Below are positions 1 through 8,710 of a DNA stretch of 39,492 nucleotides, one piece after another. The stretch comes from an uncultured Lachnospiraceae bacterium. Lineage in GTDB: Bacteria > Bacillota > Clostridia > Oscillospirales > CAG-272. A program made the translations under genes and the position numbers. The notes beneath the pieces are model-generated. The model saw only the letters and a list, made by a program, of their open reading frames with translations. It did no database searches and was not told the DNA's origin. Location: assembly GCA_964579815.1 (NCBI GenBank), contig CAZOHP010000002.1:1-39492 (forward strand), read 5' to 3'. Every line of letters begins with the position of its first letter. The stretch's first letter is position 1.

Positions 1-108
1 ATACAACGACACAAACGCAAGGCGATAATTTTGGAGGATAATTAATTTTTAATAAGTCCTTTTTTGGGTGTTCTATTGAGGTTTTGAACGGGTGCCGATA
101 GTTGCCAA

Positions 109-561
109 ATGTCTATTACAATGTCCGGTGTTCCTTTTTTCGGAACATTCACCGTGATAACGAAAGTTGACGGAAATATTCAGTATATTTCGGCGGCTTT
201 ATTTGATACAGAAGAATACACCGAAACTGTGGGAAATGTCAAATATAGTTATACAAAAAATGATGATGGTACGTGGTCTAAAACACAAGATACCGAAGAA
301 GTGGATGATACCGGTACGACGGTTGACGACGAAACCTTGGAAATCCTCTTTAATCCCGACAATTATGAAAAGGTTGACGGTGAAAAGAATACGTACAAGC
401 AGAAAAAGGGCATATCGTTTGATGATTTTGAAGATGTTGTCATGACCATTGAAGAAGATTCCTGCACAATGGAAATGGTGGACATTGAAACGGGTTATGA
501 TGTAAAAATTGTGATCTCCAAAATCGGAGAAATCAAGTTAACGCTGCCTACGGTTGAATGA
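109..561 (+). CDS. Hypothetical acidic protein (150 aa), no signal peptide, weak RBS; possibly an orphan or a gene remnant
   Basis: Open frame bounded by an in-frame TGA at 85-87. AT-rich codon usage unlike the core genes. No recognisable motifs. Followed by a hairpin terminator. Confidence 0.4.
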   Translation: MSITMSGVPFFGTFTVITKVDGNIQYISAALFDTEEYTETVGNVKYSYTKNDDGTWSKTQDTEEVDDTGTTVDDETLEILFNPDNYEKVDGEKNTYKQKKGISFDDFEDVVMTIEEDSCTMEMVDIETGYDVKIVISKIGEIKLTLPTVE

Positions 562-680
562 TTTTTTGTCAGCGGACATCATGTTACACCGAAATCATGT
601 GTTGGCATTTTTTGTCAAGACAAACCATCGTGAGCGCTTGATTGAGATGCAGACATAAAAGCCGCGCCAAGGCGCAAAAA

Positions 681-713
681 AACGGAGATTTCGAAAGATT
701 TCTCCGTTTTTTG
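681..713. terminator. Bidirectional intrinsic terminator between convergent genes
   Basis: Stem ACGGAGA (682-688) / TCTCCGT (701-707), preceded by an A-run and followed by a T-run. Lies between the ends of 109..561(+) and 733..2505(-). Confidence 0.6.
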
Positions 714-732
714 ATTCTGAAGTTTCTTTTTG

Positions 733-2505
733 TCATTTTTTCTTATCGTCCCGCATGGCCGCGATGCGGTCTCCGTCCGGCGTCACATAGGCCGTCCGGT
801 TGGTGTGATAAATGACATAGCCCGGCTTGGCGCCCGCGGGCTTTTTGACATGGCGGACGAGCGTATAGTCAACCGCAATGTTCTGCCCGCCGTGTGCCTT
901 GGAATAATAGGCTGCGATTTGCGCGGCCAGTGTGAGATCATCGTCATCGGGGGTGGAGCCCTGTGCTTCCAGTACCACGTGCGAGCCGGGAACGCCTTTC
1001 GCGTGGAACCAATAGTCGTTTTTGTCGGCCAGTTTGTGCGTGATGTATTCATTTTGAATGTTGTTTTTGCCGCACAGTACGTGGCGCCCGCTCGGAAGCG
1101 TGAATCGGAGCACGGTCGGGTTTTTGCTTTTGCGCTCGCGGTATTGCTTCATGCGTGAGGCGTAGCCCGAGCGGTACAGTTCATCGCGAATTTCGGAAAG
1201 GTCGGCGTCTGTTTCGGCGTGAGTCAATGCATCGAACACACTGTAAATGTAGATCAATTCCCGCTCGCTCAATGCGATTTGATGCGTCAGCATTTCGCGT
1301 GCCGTTTTGCTTTTGCTGTATTTTTTGTAATAATACTGGGCATTGGCGGTCGGGGAGAGGCGAGGGTCGAGGGCAACGGTACGCGAGCCGTAGTTGCCGT
1401 CCTCTTCGTGATAATCCTCGTAATCGGTCAAGGTAACTTCGGTCATTCCTCGTTCGAGCAAGTAGAGATTTCCCGTGATGAGGTCGCCCGATTTTTTGTA
1501 TTCCGCGCCACGTTCGCAATCGGCCAGTTCTCCGCGCTGCAGATCCAGTTTTTTGTGCAGACGCGTTTCCGCGTTGGTTAAAATATGCAAAATATCCGAG
1601 GCGTGTTGCCTAACGCGCGTTTCCTGATCACGTGTGGCGAAGAATTTGTCAAGAATTTCGCCCGCGCTGCCCGGGATTGCGGTAAATGAATCACCATATT
1701 GGGAGAGCGGCAGGAAAGAATATTCGACGGGGCGTTCCCCGTCCATGTAAAGTGTCGGTGCGAAGTCGTGCTCGCGGATGCGGCGCATGACGGCGTCAAA
1801 GCCGCGCCATAACGTGGCGGCATCACATTGCCCGACGGCGGTCTCGGTGTCACGGGTGGCAAGGTATACCATCTCGCGTGCTACGGCGGATGAGATGCCG
1901 AGATATGATTCAAGAATCCATTTGTAACAAGGGCGTCCTGCGGGAGCGGCGGCATAGGTCACGGCAAATGCGTCCGCGTCGGTTGCCGTCGGGTCGAATT
2001 TGCTTTGAGCGGGGGGGAGTTCGTATGTCATGCCCGGCAACACTTGGCGCACCGAACTGGTTGAAAAATCGACAGGGCGGAGGACGGCAAGGATTTTGTC
2101 TTTTTCGTCGGTGAACATGAGGTTGCTGTATTTGCCCATGATCTCGGCCACAAGATAGCGGCGACAGGCAAATCCCATTTCATCGCGCGTTTCGAATTCC
2201 AGCCGCACCACGCGATCGAACCCCTCTTGGCGTATATCGGCCAGTTTGGCGCCCGACAAATGCTTGCGTAACAGCATGCACAGCATGGGGGCCGAGGATG
2301 GATTTTCGCGTCGCGCGGTAGAGAAGCATATGCGCGGATTGCTCGATCCTGCATGGATGAGGAGCCGTTGTCCCCCGTCAAACGAACGCATTTGCAATAC
2401 AAGTTCATCTTTTTCCGGTTGACTGATCTTTTCTATTCGGGCACCGTTCGCCGACGTGCGAATTTCGTGAATAACACACGCCAACATTCCTGCGTCAAAC
2501 GCCAT
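733..2505 (-). CDS. rqcH: Ribosome quality control protein RqcH (NFACT / fibronectin-binding protein A family)
   Basis: 590 aa. The N-terminus MAFDAGML..IHEI....RIEKISQPEKDELVLQMRS matches the NFACT-N pattern of B. subtilis YloA/RqcH. The C-terminal part (WFHAKGVPGSHVVL) is DUF814-like. Confidence 0.88.
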   Translation of the reverse strand: MAFDAGMLACVIHEIRTSANGARIEKISQPEKDELVLQMRSFDGGQRLLIHAGSSNPRICFSTARRENPSSAPMLCMLLRKHLSGAKLADIRQEGFDRVVRLEFETRDEMGFACRRYLVAEIMGKYSNLMFTDEKDKILAVLRPVDFSTSSVRQVLPGMTYELPPAQSKFDPTATDADAFAVTYAAAPAGRPCYKWILESYLGISSAVAREMVYLATRDTETAVGQCDAATLWRGFDAVMRRIREHDFAPTLYMDGERPVEYSFLPLSQYGDSFTAIPGSAGEILDKFFATRDQETRVRQHASDILHILTNAETRLHKKLDLQRGELADCERGAEYKKSGDLITGNLYLLERGMTEVTLTDYEDYHEEDGNYGSRTVALDPRLSPTANAQYYYKKYSKSKTAREMLTHQIALSERELIYIYSVFDALTHAETDADLSEIRDELYRSGYASRMKQYRERKSKNPTVLRFTLPSGRHVLCGKNNIQNEYITHKLADKNDYWFHAKGVPGSHVVLEAQGSTPDDDDLTLAAQIAAYYSKAHGGQNIAVDYTLVRHVKKPAGAKPGYVIYHTNRTAYVTPDGDRIAAMRDDKKK

Positions 2506-2538
2506 ATCGTTTTCTCCTTTTACGCTGTATGCTGTGAT

Positions 2539-3405
2539 TTATTTCAGTAATTCGGTTAAAAAGCCCAAATGGGGAAGAATGACATCGGCCTTTTCTTCGC
2601 CCGTGGCCGCCAAGGCTTCCTCCGCGCCGGTGCCGCCGGTGAGCACCAGCAGACTGGTCATCCCGGTGTTGTTGCCGAAAGCAATGTCGGTGTATAGGCG
2701 ATCCCCCACCATGCACATGTGCTCGGCACGCAGGCCCGTGACCTGTTCGATGATGGGGAGACCACGGGGCGATGGTTTGCTGAGATAGCGGGGACGGATT
2801 CCGGTGGCCGACGTGATCATGTCGCAAATGGCGCCGCAATCGGGCACCATGCCGTCGGATGTGGGGGTGATGCGGTCGGGATGCGTGGCAAGAAACGTTG
2901 CACCGCCGAGAATGAGGCGGATTGCCTTGGTGATCTTGTCGTATGTCATTGTTTTGTCAAAGCCGACCAAAACGACATCGGCGCGTTCCGCTTCCATGCC
3001 GACGATATGAAAGCCCGCATCGGAAAAATGCCGCACCATTTCCGGTACGCCGACCGGGAAAATACTGCCGTCCGGATGATGCTCGCGCAAATAGGCAAAG
3101 GAGACATCTTCGGCTGAGACGATTTCCTCCGGAGTCGTTTCAAATCCCATGGCATTGAGGTAAGCGGCCGTTTCGGCGTGTGATCGGTTGGGGTTGTTGG
3201 TATAAAAAATAACGCGGCGTCCCGTTTCCCGCAATCGCAAAATAAAGGCTACTGCTTCGGGAATGGGGACATTACCCCGAGCGACGGTGCCGTCAATATC
3301 GAAAATAAAGCATTTTTTCTCTCGAAGAAATTCGTAATCCGCAAGGGCGGGGGCATAATTGGTCATTATTTGTATTCCTGTCGTTTGATTTTGATTGTTT
3401 GTCAT
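2539..3405 (-). CDS. HAD superfamily subfamily IIA phosphatase (NagD/YutF-like)
   Basis: Motif I FIFDIDGT, motif II FYTNNPNRS, motif IV MVGDRLYTDIAFG. The ATG at 3405 has no RBS and sits only a few nt after a -10 box. The alternative start at 3366 (MTNYAP) has a weak AGGA upstream. Confidence 0.85.
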   Translation of the reverse strand: MTNNQNQTTGIQIMTNYAPALADYEFLREKKCFIFDIDGTVARGNVPIPEAVAFILRLRETGRRVIFYTNNPNRSHAETAAYLNAMGFETTPEEIVSAEDVSFAYLREHHPDGSIFPVGVPEMVRHFSDAGFHIVGMEAERADVVLVGFDKTMTYDKITKAIRLILGGATFLATHPDRITPTSDGMVPDCGAICDMITSATGIRPRYLSKPSPRGLPIIEQVTGLRAEHMCMVGDRLYTDIAFGNNTGMTSLLVLTGGTGAEEALAATGEEKADVILPHLGFLTELLK

Positions 3406-3414
3406 ACGAAAATA

Positions 3415-3443
3415 ATTATATCACATTCTTGCATTTTTTACAA
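3415..3443 (-). promoter_or_regulatory. Sigma-A type promoter for the HAD-rqcH operon
   Basis: On the minus strand: TTGTAA (3443-3438), 17 nt spacer ending in TG, TATAAT (3420-3415). Confidence 0.55.
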
Positions 3444-3457
3444 GAACATGTTATAAT
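3429..3457 (+). promoter_or_regulatory. Sigma-A type promoter for the pantothenate kinase gene
   Basis: TTGCAT (3429-3434), 17 nt spacer, TATAAT (3452-3457). Overlaps the divergent minus-strand promoter. Confidence 0.55.
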
Positions 3458-3510
3458 GTTACGATAATATTTTTTTGAAGGAACCATACACCACCGAGGA
3501 GGATAACAAT

Positions 3511-4389
3511 ATGGGCAAAAACGTCATAGGTATTGATATCGGCGGCAGCACGACAAAAATTGTCGGCTTCCGCTTTGAAGAGGGCGGCGCCCCTCAATTG
3601 ATCGCACCGCAGTTTGTTCGCGCAACGGATCCGATCACATCCATGTACGGTGCTTTCGGCAAGTTCACCTCGCAAAATGATCTGCCGCTTGACCGCATCG
3701 ATCGTGTGATGATGACGGGGGTGGGATCGTCTTTCTCCGAAAATCCTATATACGGCCTACCGTGCCACAAGGTGCCCGAATTTACTTGTGTGGGGCTGGG
3801 AGGGCTGTATTTGTCCGGGCTGCAGGAGGCTGTTGTGGTCAGCATGGGGACGGGTACGGCCTTGATTCATGCCAAAGCCAAAAGCATGTCGCTTGACGGG
3901 CGTCCCGTTTTGCATAACGAAAACGACACCGAAATCGAGTATCTCGGCGGTACGGGCGTCGGTGGCGGAACGCTGGTAGGTCTGACCAAGCGCCTCATTG
4001 GCGTTGATACTATTGAGCATATTGAGCAGTTGTGCGAGGACGGTAATATCGATAATGTGGATTTGCGCGTGGGCGATATCTCGCGTGACCGATTTCCCAA
4101 TATGAACGAAAAATTGACAGCGGCTAATTTCGGCAAAGTGAGCGATCTGGCCACGCCCAATGATATTGCGCTGGGAGTGTCCAATATGGTGGCTGAAACC
4201 ATTTTCATGATGTCCATTTTTGCCGCTCGCGCATTTGGCGTGAAGAATATTGTGCTGATCGGTAATCTGTCGACCATGCCGCACATTCGCCGCGTGTTTG
4301 ATGATCTTCAGCACAGTTTCGGCGTGCATTTTCTGATTCCCAATAATTCGCAGTTTGGTACGGTGATAGGAGCGGCGCTGTATCGCTGA
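3511..4389 (+). CDS. coaW: Type II pantothenate kinase (CoaW-like, ASKHA fold)
   Basis: GIDIGGSTTK phosphate-1 motif and the GGTGVGGGTLVGL motif typical of type II PanK. GAGGAGG RBS 8 nt before the ATG at 3511; the ORF track start at 3475 lacks an RBS. Confidence 0.78.
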   Translation: MGKNVIGIDIGGSTTKIVGFRFEEGGAPQLIAPQFVRATDPITSMYGAFGKFTSQNDLPLDRIDRVMMTGVGSSFSENPIYGLPCHKVPEFTCVGLGGLYLSGLQEAVVVSMGTGTALIHAKAKSMSLDGRPVLHNENDTEIEYLGGTGVGGGTLVGLTKRLIGVDTIEHIEQLCEDGNIDNVDLRVGDISRDRFPNMNEKLTAANFGKVSDLATPNDIALGVSNMVAETIFMMSIFAARAFGVKNIVLIGNLSTMPHIRRVFDDLQHSFGVHFLIPNNSQFGTVIGAALYR

Positions 4390-4474
4390 TCGATAAGGCC
4401 TACCATCGGCGCAAATCAAATGATCGTTCGGCGAGCGGTTGCCGAGCGGATCAAACAGGGAACGGAGGTCGAAG

Positions 4475-5647
4475 ATGTATTACAGTCATATCAAAGTTGA
4501 GCAAATCAACGAGAAATTTGATGTTGTGGAAGATTACGGCGAGATATTGAATCGCAAGGAAATGATTCGTGTTTTTGAAAAATATTTTCCGTTGTCGGAG
4601 CATCGGAACGGATGTCTGTACGGAACATACGGGGTAAATCGTTTTTGCATTTATTTCAAAAATATCAGTTATTTGGGAACTCCGCATCCGTCTTTCAAAA
4701 AGAGAATCCAAATCGGCGATACTTTCAAGGATATTTATGCCGAAAACACGCGGCTTGGTATACGTACCTTGCTAATCGGTGTTTATCAATACAAGAGCAC
4801 GGTGCTGTTCGTTGATTTTGATGTCACGAAATATGTTGCCCGAAAGGCCCACCATTCTTCCGCGCATGTGTACACGCTCGATTTGAAAAACGGCTTGCTG
4901 TTCGGCATTTTCCGAAAAGAAGATACCAATGGGAATTTGATTACGGTCGTTGCTCCGTCCGAGGTCGATCGTTTTTTGCGTAGCAAGTTCGATAGCAACG
5001 TGGATCTGCGTTTGGATTTTATTGCGATACTGGATGACTTTTTTGCCGGGCTCCCCAAGCATTGGCACGGAATTGCGGCCTATCGGGAGATGGCAAATGC
5101 AAAATTCAACCATACGGGACAACCGGAATGGCCCGGCTTTTATTTGGAATACAAGTTGGCCGAATACATCAAAGAACACGGCGTTGAAAATACGATTCAA
5201 TATGTTCAGAAAAAGAAAAAAGGCGAGATTGATCTGGATTTGGTTTTCCCGACAAGCGGAAATTATGGCGATCTGAAGGCTCATAGCAACGATTCCTCCG
5301 GAATTCAGGGAAATGACCGAGATACGGTCCTGTCGGTACTCAAAAATTCATCCATTTACTATGTTGTCTGCAATCACGATACCGAAAAAGACAAAGATCA
5401 CGAGTTCGAAGTGACAACATTTTGGAACAAGTTGCACAAAAAAGATAACTTGATGAGTTATTCCGACAAAATGAAGCATTCCGTGAAATTAACATCGTAC
5501 TCGGTCTTGGAGATCAATCGATTCAACAGTTGTTATTTGGATGTTTTTCGTCAAGGGCACAACAGCGACGGCAGTCCCCGTGCACCGAAAATATCCATCA
5601 AAAAGAAGAATATCAATAATTTTTTGATTCATCAATTGAATTTTTGA
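4475..5647 (+). CDS. Putative type II restriction endonuclease: unrecognised N-terminal domain plus a C-terminal PD-(D/E)xK-like core
   Basis: GGAGG RBS 6 nt before the ATG at 4475. AT-rich. Lies directly upstream of, and co-oriented with, a C5 methyltransferase (52 nt gap). Candidate catalytic motif EIDLDLVFPTSGNYGDLK (D-x12-D-x-K), preceded by a glutamate-containing segment PGFYLEYKLAEYIKEHG. I do not recognise the family. Confidence 0.55.
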   Translation: MYYSHIKVEQINEKFDVVEDYGEILNRKEMIRVFEKYFPLSEHRNGCLYGTYGVNRFCIYFKNISYLGTPHPSFKKRIQIGDTFKDIYAENTRLGIRTLLIGVYQYKSTVLFVDFDVTKYVARKAHHSSAHVYTLDLKNGLLFGIFRKEDTNGNLITVVAPSEVDRFLRSKFDSNVDLRLDFIAILDDFFAGLPKHWHGIAAYREMANAKFNHTGQPEWPGFYLEYKLAEYIKEHGVENTIQYVQKKKKGEIDLDLVFPTSGNYGDLKAHSNDSSGIQGNDRDTVLSVLKNSSIYYVVCNHDTEKDKDHEFEVTTFWNKLHKKDNLMSYSDKMKHSVKLTSYSVLEINRFNSCYLDVFRQGHNSDGSPRAPKISIKKKNINNFLIHQLNF

Positions 5648-5699
5648 ATTAAGTTGAGTTTGTCGGAATGTTTGCGTAGGATTCGTTTGAGGTGGTGAA

Positions 5700-6875
5700 A
5701 TGGACATAGGGAAGAAGAAATTTAAATTTGTCGATTTGTTTGCGGGAATCGGAGGATTTCATCAAGCCATGGCGCAACTCGGGGGAAGTTGTGTGTTTGC
5801 TTCCGAGATCGATCCTTACTGTATCAAAACATACTACAACAATTATGGCGTGGACGCAGACCATGATGTGAGAGTGGTTGCGGCGCAGGATATCCCCGCT
5901 CACGACGTATTGTGTGCCGGATTTCCGTGCCAGGCATTCTCAAAGGCGGGATATCAGAAAGGAATGAGCGACACGCGAGGAACTCTTTTCTTTGAAATCG
6001 AGCGTATTCTGCGATATCATAAAACCAAATATATCGTGCTTGAGAATGTCAGAAATTTGATCTCGCACGACAACGGAAACACGTGGAGGACCATCCACAG
6101 CCACTTGAAATCGATCGGCTACAGATTAACGCCTGTTCCGATGATCATTAGCCCGCATCAGTTGGGCATCCCTCAGTTAAGAGAAAGAGTGGTTATTCTC
6201 GGCGTTTATGATCCCGCTCATGCAGACGAGGATCTGACGATCACATTCGATCGGTTAAAAGCGAAAGAGGATAATTCCATCTACGATGTACTTGATGCCG
6301 GCAGGGTGGAGGATAAGTATTACATCAGCGAAAAAGAAGAATACGTTCTCAATGCCTGGGACGAATTTTACGGGGGAATTACCGAGACGGTGATCGGTTT
6401 CCCGATCTGGGCGGAATACTTCCGCGATAAGGATGAAGAGGAAGATTTCCCGGAATGGAAAAAAGAGTTTGTCCGAAAAAACAAACGGCTTTACGAGAAC
6501 AATAGGGAGTTCATTGACAAATGGCTGGATCGCTATGATAACCTCGCCGCCTTTACTCCCACGCAGAGAAAAATGGAATGGCAGGCCGGGGACAGCATCG
6601 CATCTCTATGGGACGGTGTCATACAGTTCCGTCCGTCCGGCATCAGAGTAAAGACAAATTATACTTTTCCGGCGCTGGTAGCCATCGTTCAAGTCCCTAT
6701 TATCGGGAAATACCGGCGCAGATTAACGGTCAGAGAAGCGGCGAGACTGCAGAGTTTTCCCGAGATATTTGTCCCCGATGCCGATGACCACCAAGCATAT
6801 AAGCAGTTCGGAAATGCGGTCAATGTGGATGTGATCAGGGAAACGGCAAAAAAGTTGTTCGAAATTCAATCATAA
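5700..6875 (+). CDS. dcm: DNA (cytosine-5)-methyltransferase
   Basis: All canonical m5C motifs are present: I DLFAGIGGF, IV GFPCQAFS, VI ENVRNL, VIII QLRERVVILG, IX RRLTVREAARLQSFP, X QFGNAV. A long variable (target recognition) region lies between VIII and IX. Confidence 0.95.
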   Translation: MDIGKKKFKFVDLFAGIGGFHQAMAQLGGSCVFASEIDPYCIKTYYNNYGVDADHDVRVVAAQDIPAHDVLCAGFPCQAFSKAGYQKGMSDTRGTLFFEIERILRYHKTKYIVLENVRNLISHDNGNTWRTIHSHLKSIGYRLTPVPMIISPHQLGIPQLRERVVILGVYDPAHADEDLTITFDRLKAKEDNSIYDVLDAGRVEDKYYISEKEEYVLNAWDEFYGGITETVIGFPIWAEYFRDKDEEEDFPEWKKEFVRKNKRLYENNREFIDKWLDRYDNLAAFTPTQRKMEWQAGDSIASLWDGVIQFRPSGIRVKTNYTFPALVAIVQVPIIGKYRRRLTVREAARLQSFPEIFVPDADDHQAYKQFGNAVNVDVIRETAKKLFEIQS

Positions 6876-6906
6876 CAATCGTAAGAAAGAGGGCGCCGAT
6901 CAAATC

Positions 6907-8178
6907 ATGAAAAATAAAATGAAAACGATGCTTGCGTTTTCGTTGCTCGCGGCGGTATGTCTTGTCGCGGTTGCTTTTGACATGGGCGACGGGTCGACGG
7001 ACGTTTATCCGACCGACGATACCAAAATCATGCTTTACGGAGAAGCGCACGGTTCAAAGGAATATTACGACGTTGAATTGGATTTATGGCAGGGCTATTA
7101 TGACGAAGGCTGTCGCGATCTTTTCGTTGAACTTCCGTATTACAGCGCCGAATTTTTGAACCTTTGGATGAAAGAAGATTCGAACGATCTGCTTGATGTT
7201 TGGTTTGAAGAGATTAACGGAACGCTGTCGGGAAACGAATATTATTACAATTTTTTGTGTGAAATCAAAGAAATCTGTCCCGAAACCGTTTTTTACGGAA
7301 CGGACATCGGTCATCAATACGACACGACGGGCGAAAGGTATCTTGCCTATCTTGAAGAGCACGGACTGAAAGGTTCCGAAAATTACATTCTTGCCCAAGA
7401 TTGTATCAAACAACGAAAGGAATATGAAGAAAGCGGCAGAGTATCCGAATTGCGCGAGGCGTATATGGTGTCCGATTTTAAGGCGGCATATGCGCGTCAA
7501 GGCGGCGGGAAAATAATGGGGATTTACGGCTCGTATCACACGAATCTAAATGCGCCCGACCTTATGGCAGGGCAATTGAAAGCGGATTTAGGCGATGTTA
7601 TTAGCAGCGTAAAAGTAAGTTCGGTTATGCTTGCCTCGAAAAGCCCTGATCAATTCGGATTCAGTGTCAGCGGGTTCATAGTTCTTGTTATGCTTTTTGC
7701 CCCGAAGATGATTTGGGTCTGCGGAAAAAAGCCGAAAGGCTATGAGCGAGCGGGAAAATGTGAACCTCGGGTCTTGCTTGTTTTTGAACGCGTAGGAGAA
7801 GTCGCTACGACCGTATCGCTTCTTGTCTTTCCGTCAATCAATCCGCTTGTTATAAAGTTGCCCGACGGCGTTTATTTTCGGTGGAATTTGGTATTATGGA
7901 TTACCGCGGTCGTGTTGATGATTTTATACGAATGCTATTGGGTGAAATATTTCAGAAGTGCGCGCACAATGAAAGATATGTATTCGTCGTTTTTAGGTTT
8001 TCCCGTGGCGGGGGCAACACTTCCGGTTATGGTGGTCATTCTTCTCGGGGTTTACTCTCGTAATTTGGCAGTCATAGCCTCTGCCTTGATTTTGGGAGTC
8101 GGGCATATCGGAATCCATCTTGTACATAAACGCCGGGCGGACGTTTCGGATGAGAATGGAAGAAATCCCGTCAGTTAA
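6907..8178 (+). CDS. Secreted Tiki/ChaN/erythromycin-esterase/PrgY-like domain fused to a C-terminal polytopic membrane domain
   Basis: N-terminal signal-like segment MLAFSLLAAVCLVAVAF. GxxH-type motifs LYGEAHG and IYGSYHT flank a domain of about 200 aa, as in the Tiki/TraB/ChaN superfamily. After about residue 250 there are several hydrophobic helices (FIVLVMLFAP, VATTVSLLVF, LVLWITAVVLMIL, ATLPVMVVILLGV, IASALILGVGHI). Confidence 0.5.
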   Translation: MKNKMKTMLAFSLLAAVCLVAVAFDMGDGSTDVYPTDDTKIMLYGEAHGSKEYYDVELDLWQGYYDEGCRDLFVELPYYSAEFLNLWMKEDSNDLLDVWFEEINGTLSGNEYYYNFLCEIKEICPETVFYGTDIGHQYDTTGERYLAYLEEHGLKGSENYILAQDCIKQRKEYEESGRVSELREAYMVSDFKAAYARQGGGKIMGIYGSYHTNLNAPDLMAGQLKADLGDVISSVKVSSVMLASKSPDQFGFSVSGFIVLVMLFAPKMIWVCGKKPKGYERAGKCEPRVLLVFERVGEVATTVSLLVFPSINPLVIKLPDGVYFRWNLVLWITAVVLMILYECYWVKYFRSARTMKDMYSSFLGFPVAGATLPVMVVILLGVYSRNLAVIASALILGVGHIGIHLVHKRRADVSDENGRNPVS

Positions 8179-8291
8179 AAAGTAAAAAGGTGAAAGGATA
8201 AAAAAATAAACGCATATTGATAAAAAACGCCGGCAATTCGCGTTTTGCTATGATGACATATGTGGAGAGAAACGCTTTTTCGCCGACACTC

Positions 8292-8327
8292 GGCTAACAG
8301 TTAGCCGTTAGCCGTTAGCCGTTAGTG
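8292..8327. repeat. Heptamer tandem repeat (GTTAGCC x3 plus GTTAGTG) preceded by an inverted copy, forming the palindrome CGGCTAAC-A-GTTAGCCG
   Basis: Read directly: ggctaac (8292-8298), then gttagcc at 8300, 8307 and 8314, and gttagtg at 8321. The period of 7 puts TAG (plus strand) and TAA (minus strand) in all three frames of each strand. Confidence 0.8.
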
Positions 8328-8362
8328 ATTCACAGGCAGAAAGGCAACAAGGAGAAAAAGAA

Positions 8363-8710
8363 ATGAACGATTATTTGTCGTTGTTTATTATCGTGATGCT
8401 CTTAATCATATATGTGATTATGCAGGGGAAGAAACGAAAAATCGCGGCGATTATCCATCACCGCAAAAAACAAAAGGAGATTTTCAACATGAAAGAATTG
8501 GCGCAAAAATTCATCGGTAAGGAATGCATGGTCTATACGATTGCAAGCGACAGCAGCGCCGTCTACGGCACGATAAAAGAAGTGACGGAAAACGGGATTT
8601 TAATTGAGAAAGACGGAAATTTGCAAGCAATCAATCTTGAATACGTCACGCGGATCAGGGAATACCCGAGGAAGAAAAACGGCAAGAAAAAAAGCGTCGT
8701 ATTGGGTTAA
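8363..8710 (+). CDS. Small membrane-anchored hypothetical protein with a Lys-rich tail
   Basis: AAGGAG RBS 7 nt before the ATG at 8363. N-terminal TM segment LSLFIIVMLLIIYVIM. A second in-frame ATG at 8489 has its own AAGGAGA RBS. AT-rich. Confidence 0.6.
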   Translation: MNDYLSLFIIVMLLIIYVIMQGKKRKIAAIIHHRKKQKEIFNMKELAQKFIGKECMVYTIASDSSAVYGTIKEVTENGILIEKDGNLQAINLEYVTRIREYPRKKNGKKKSVVLG

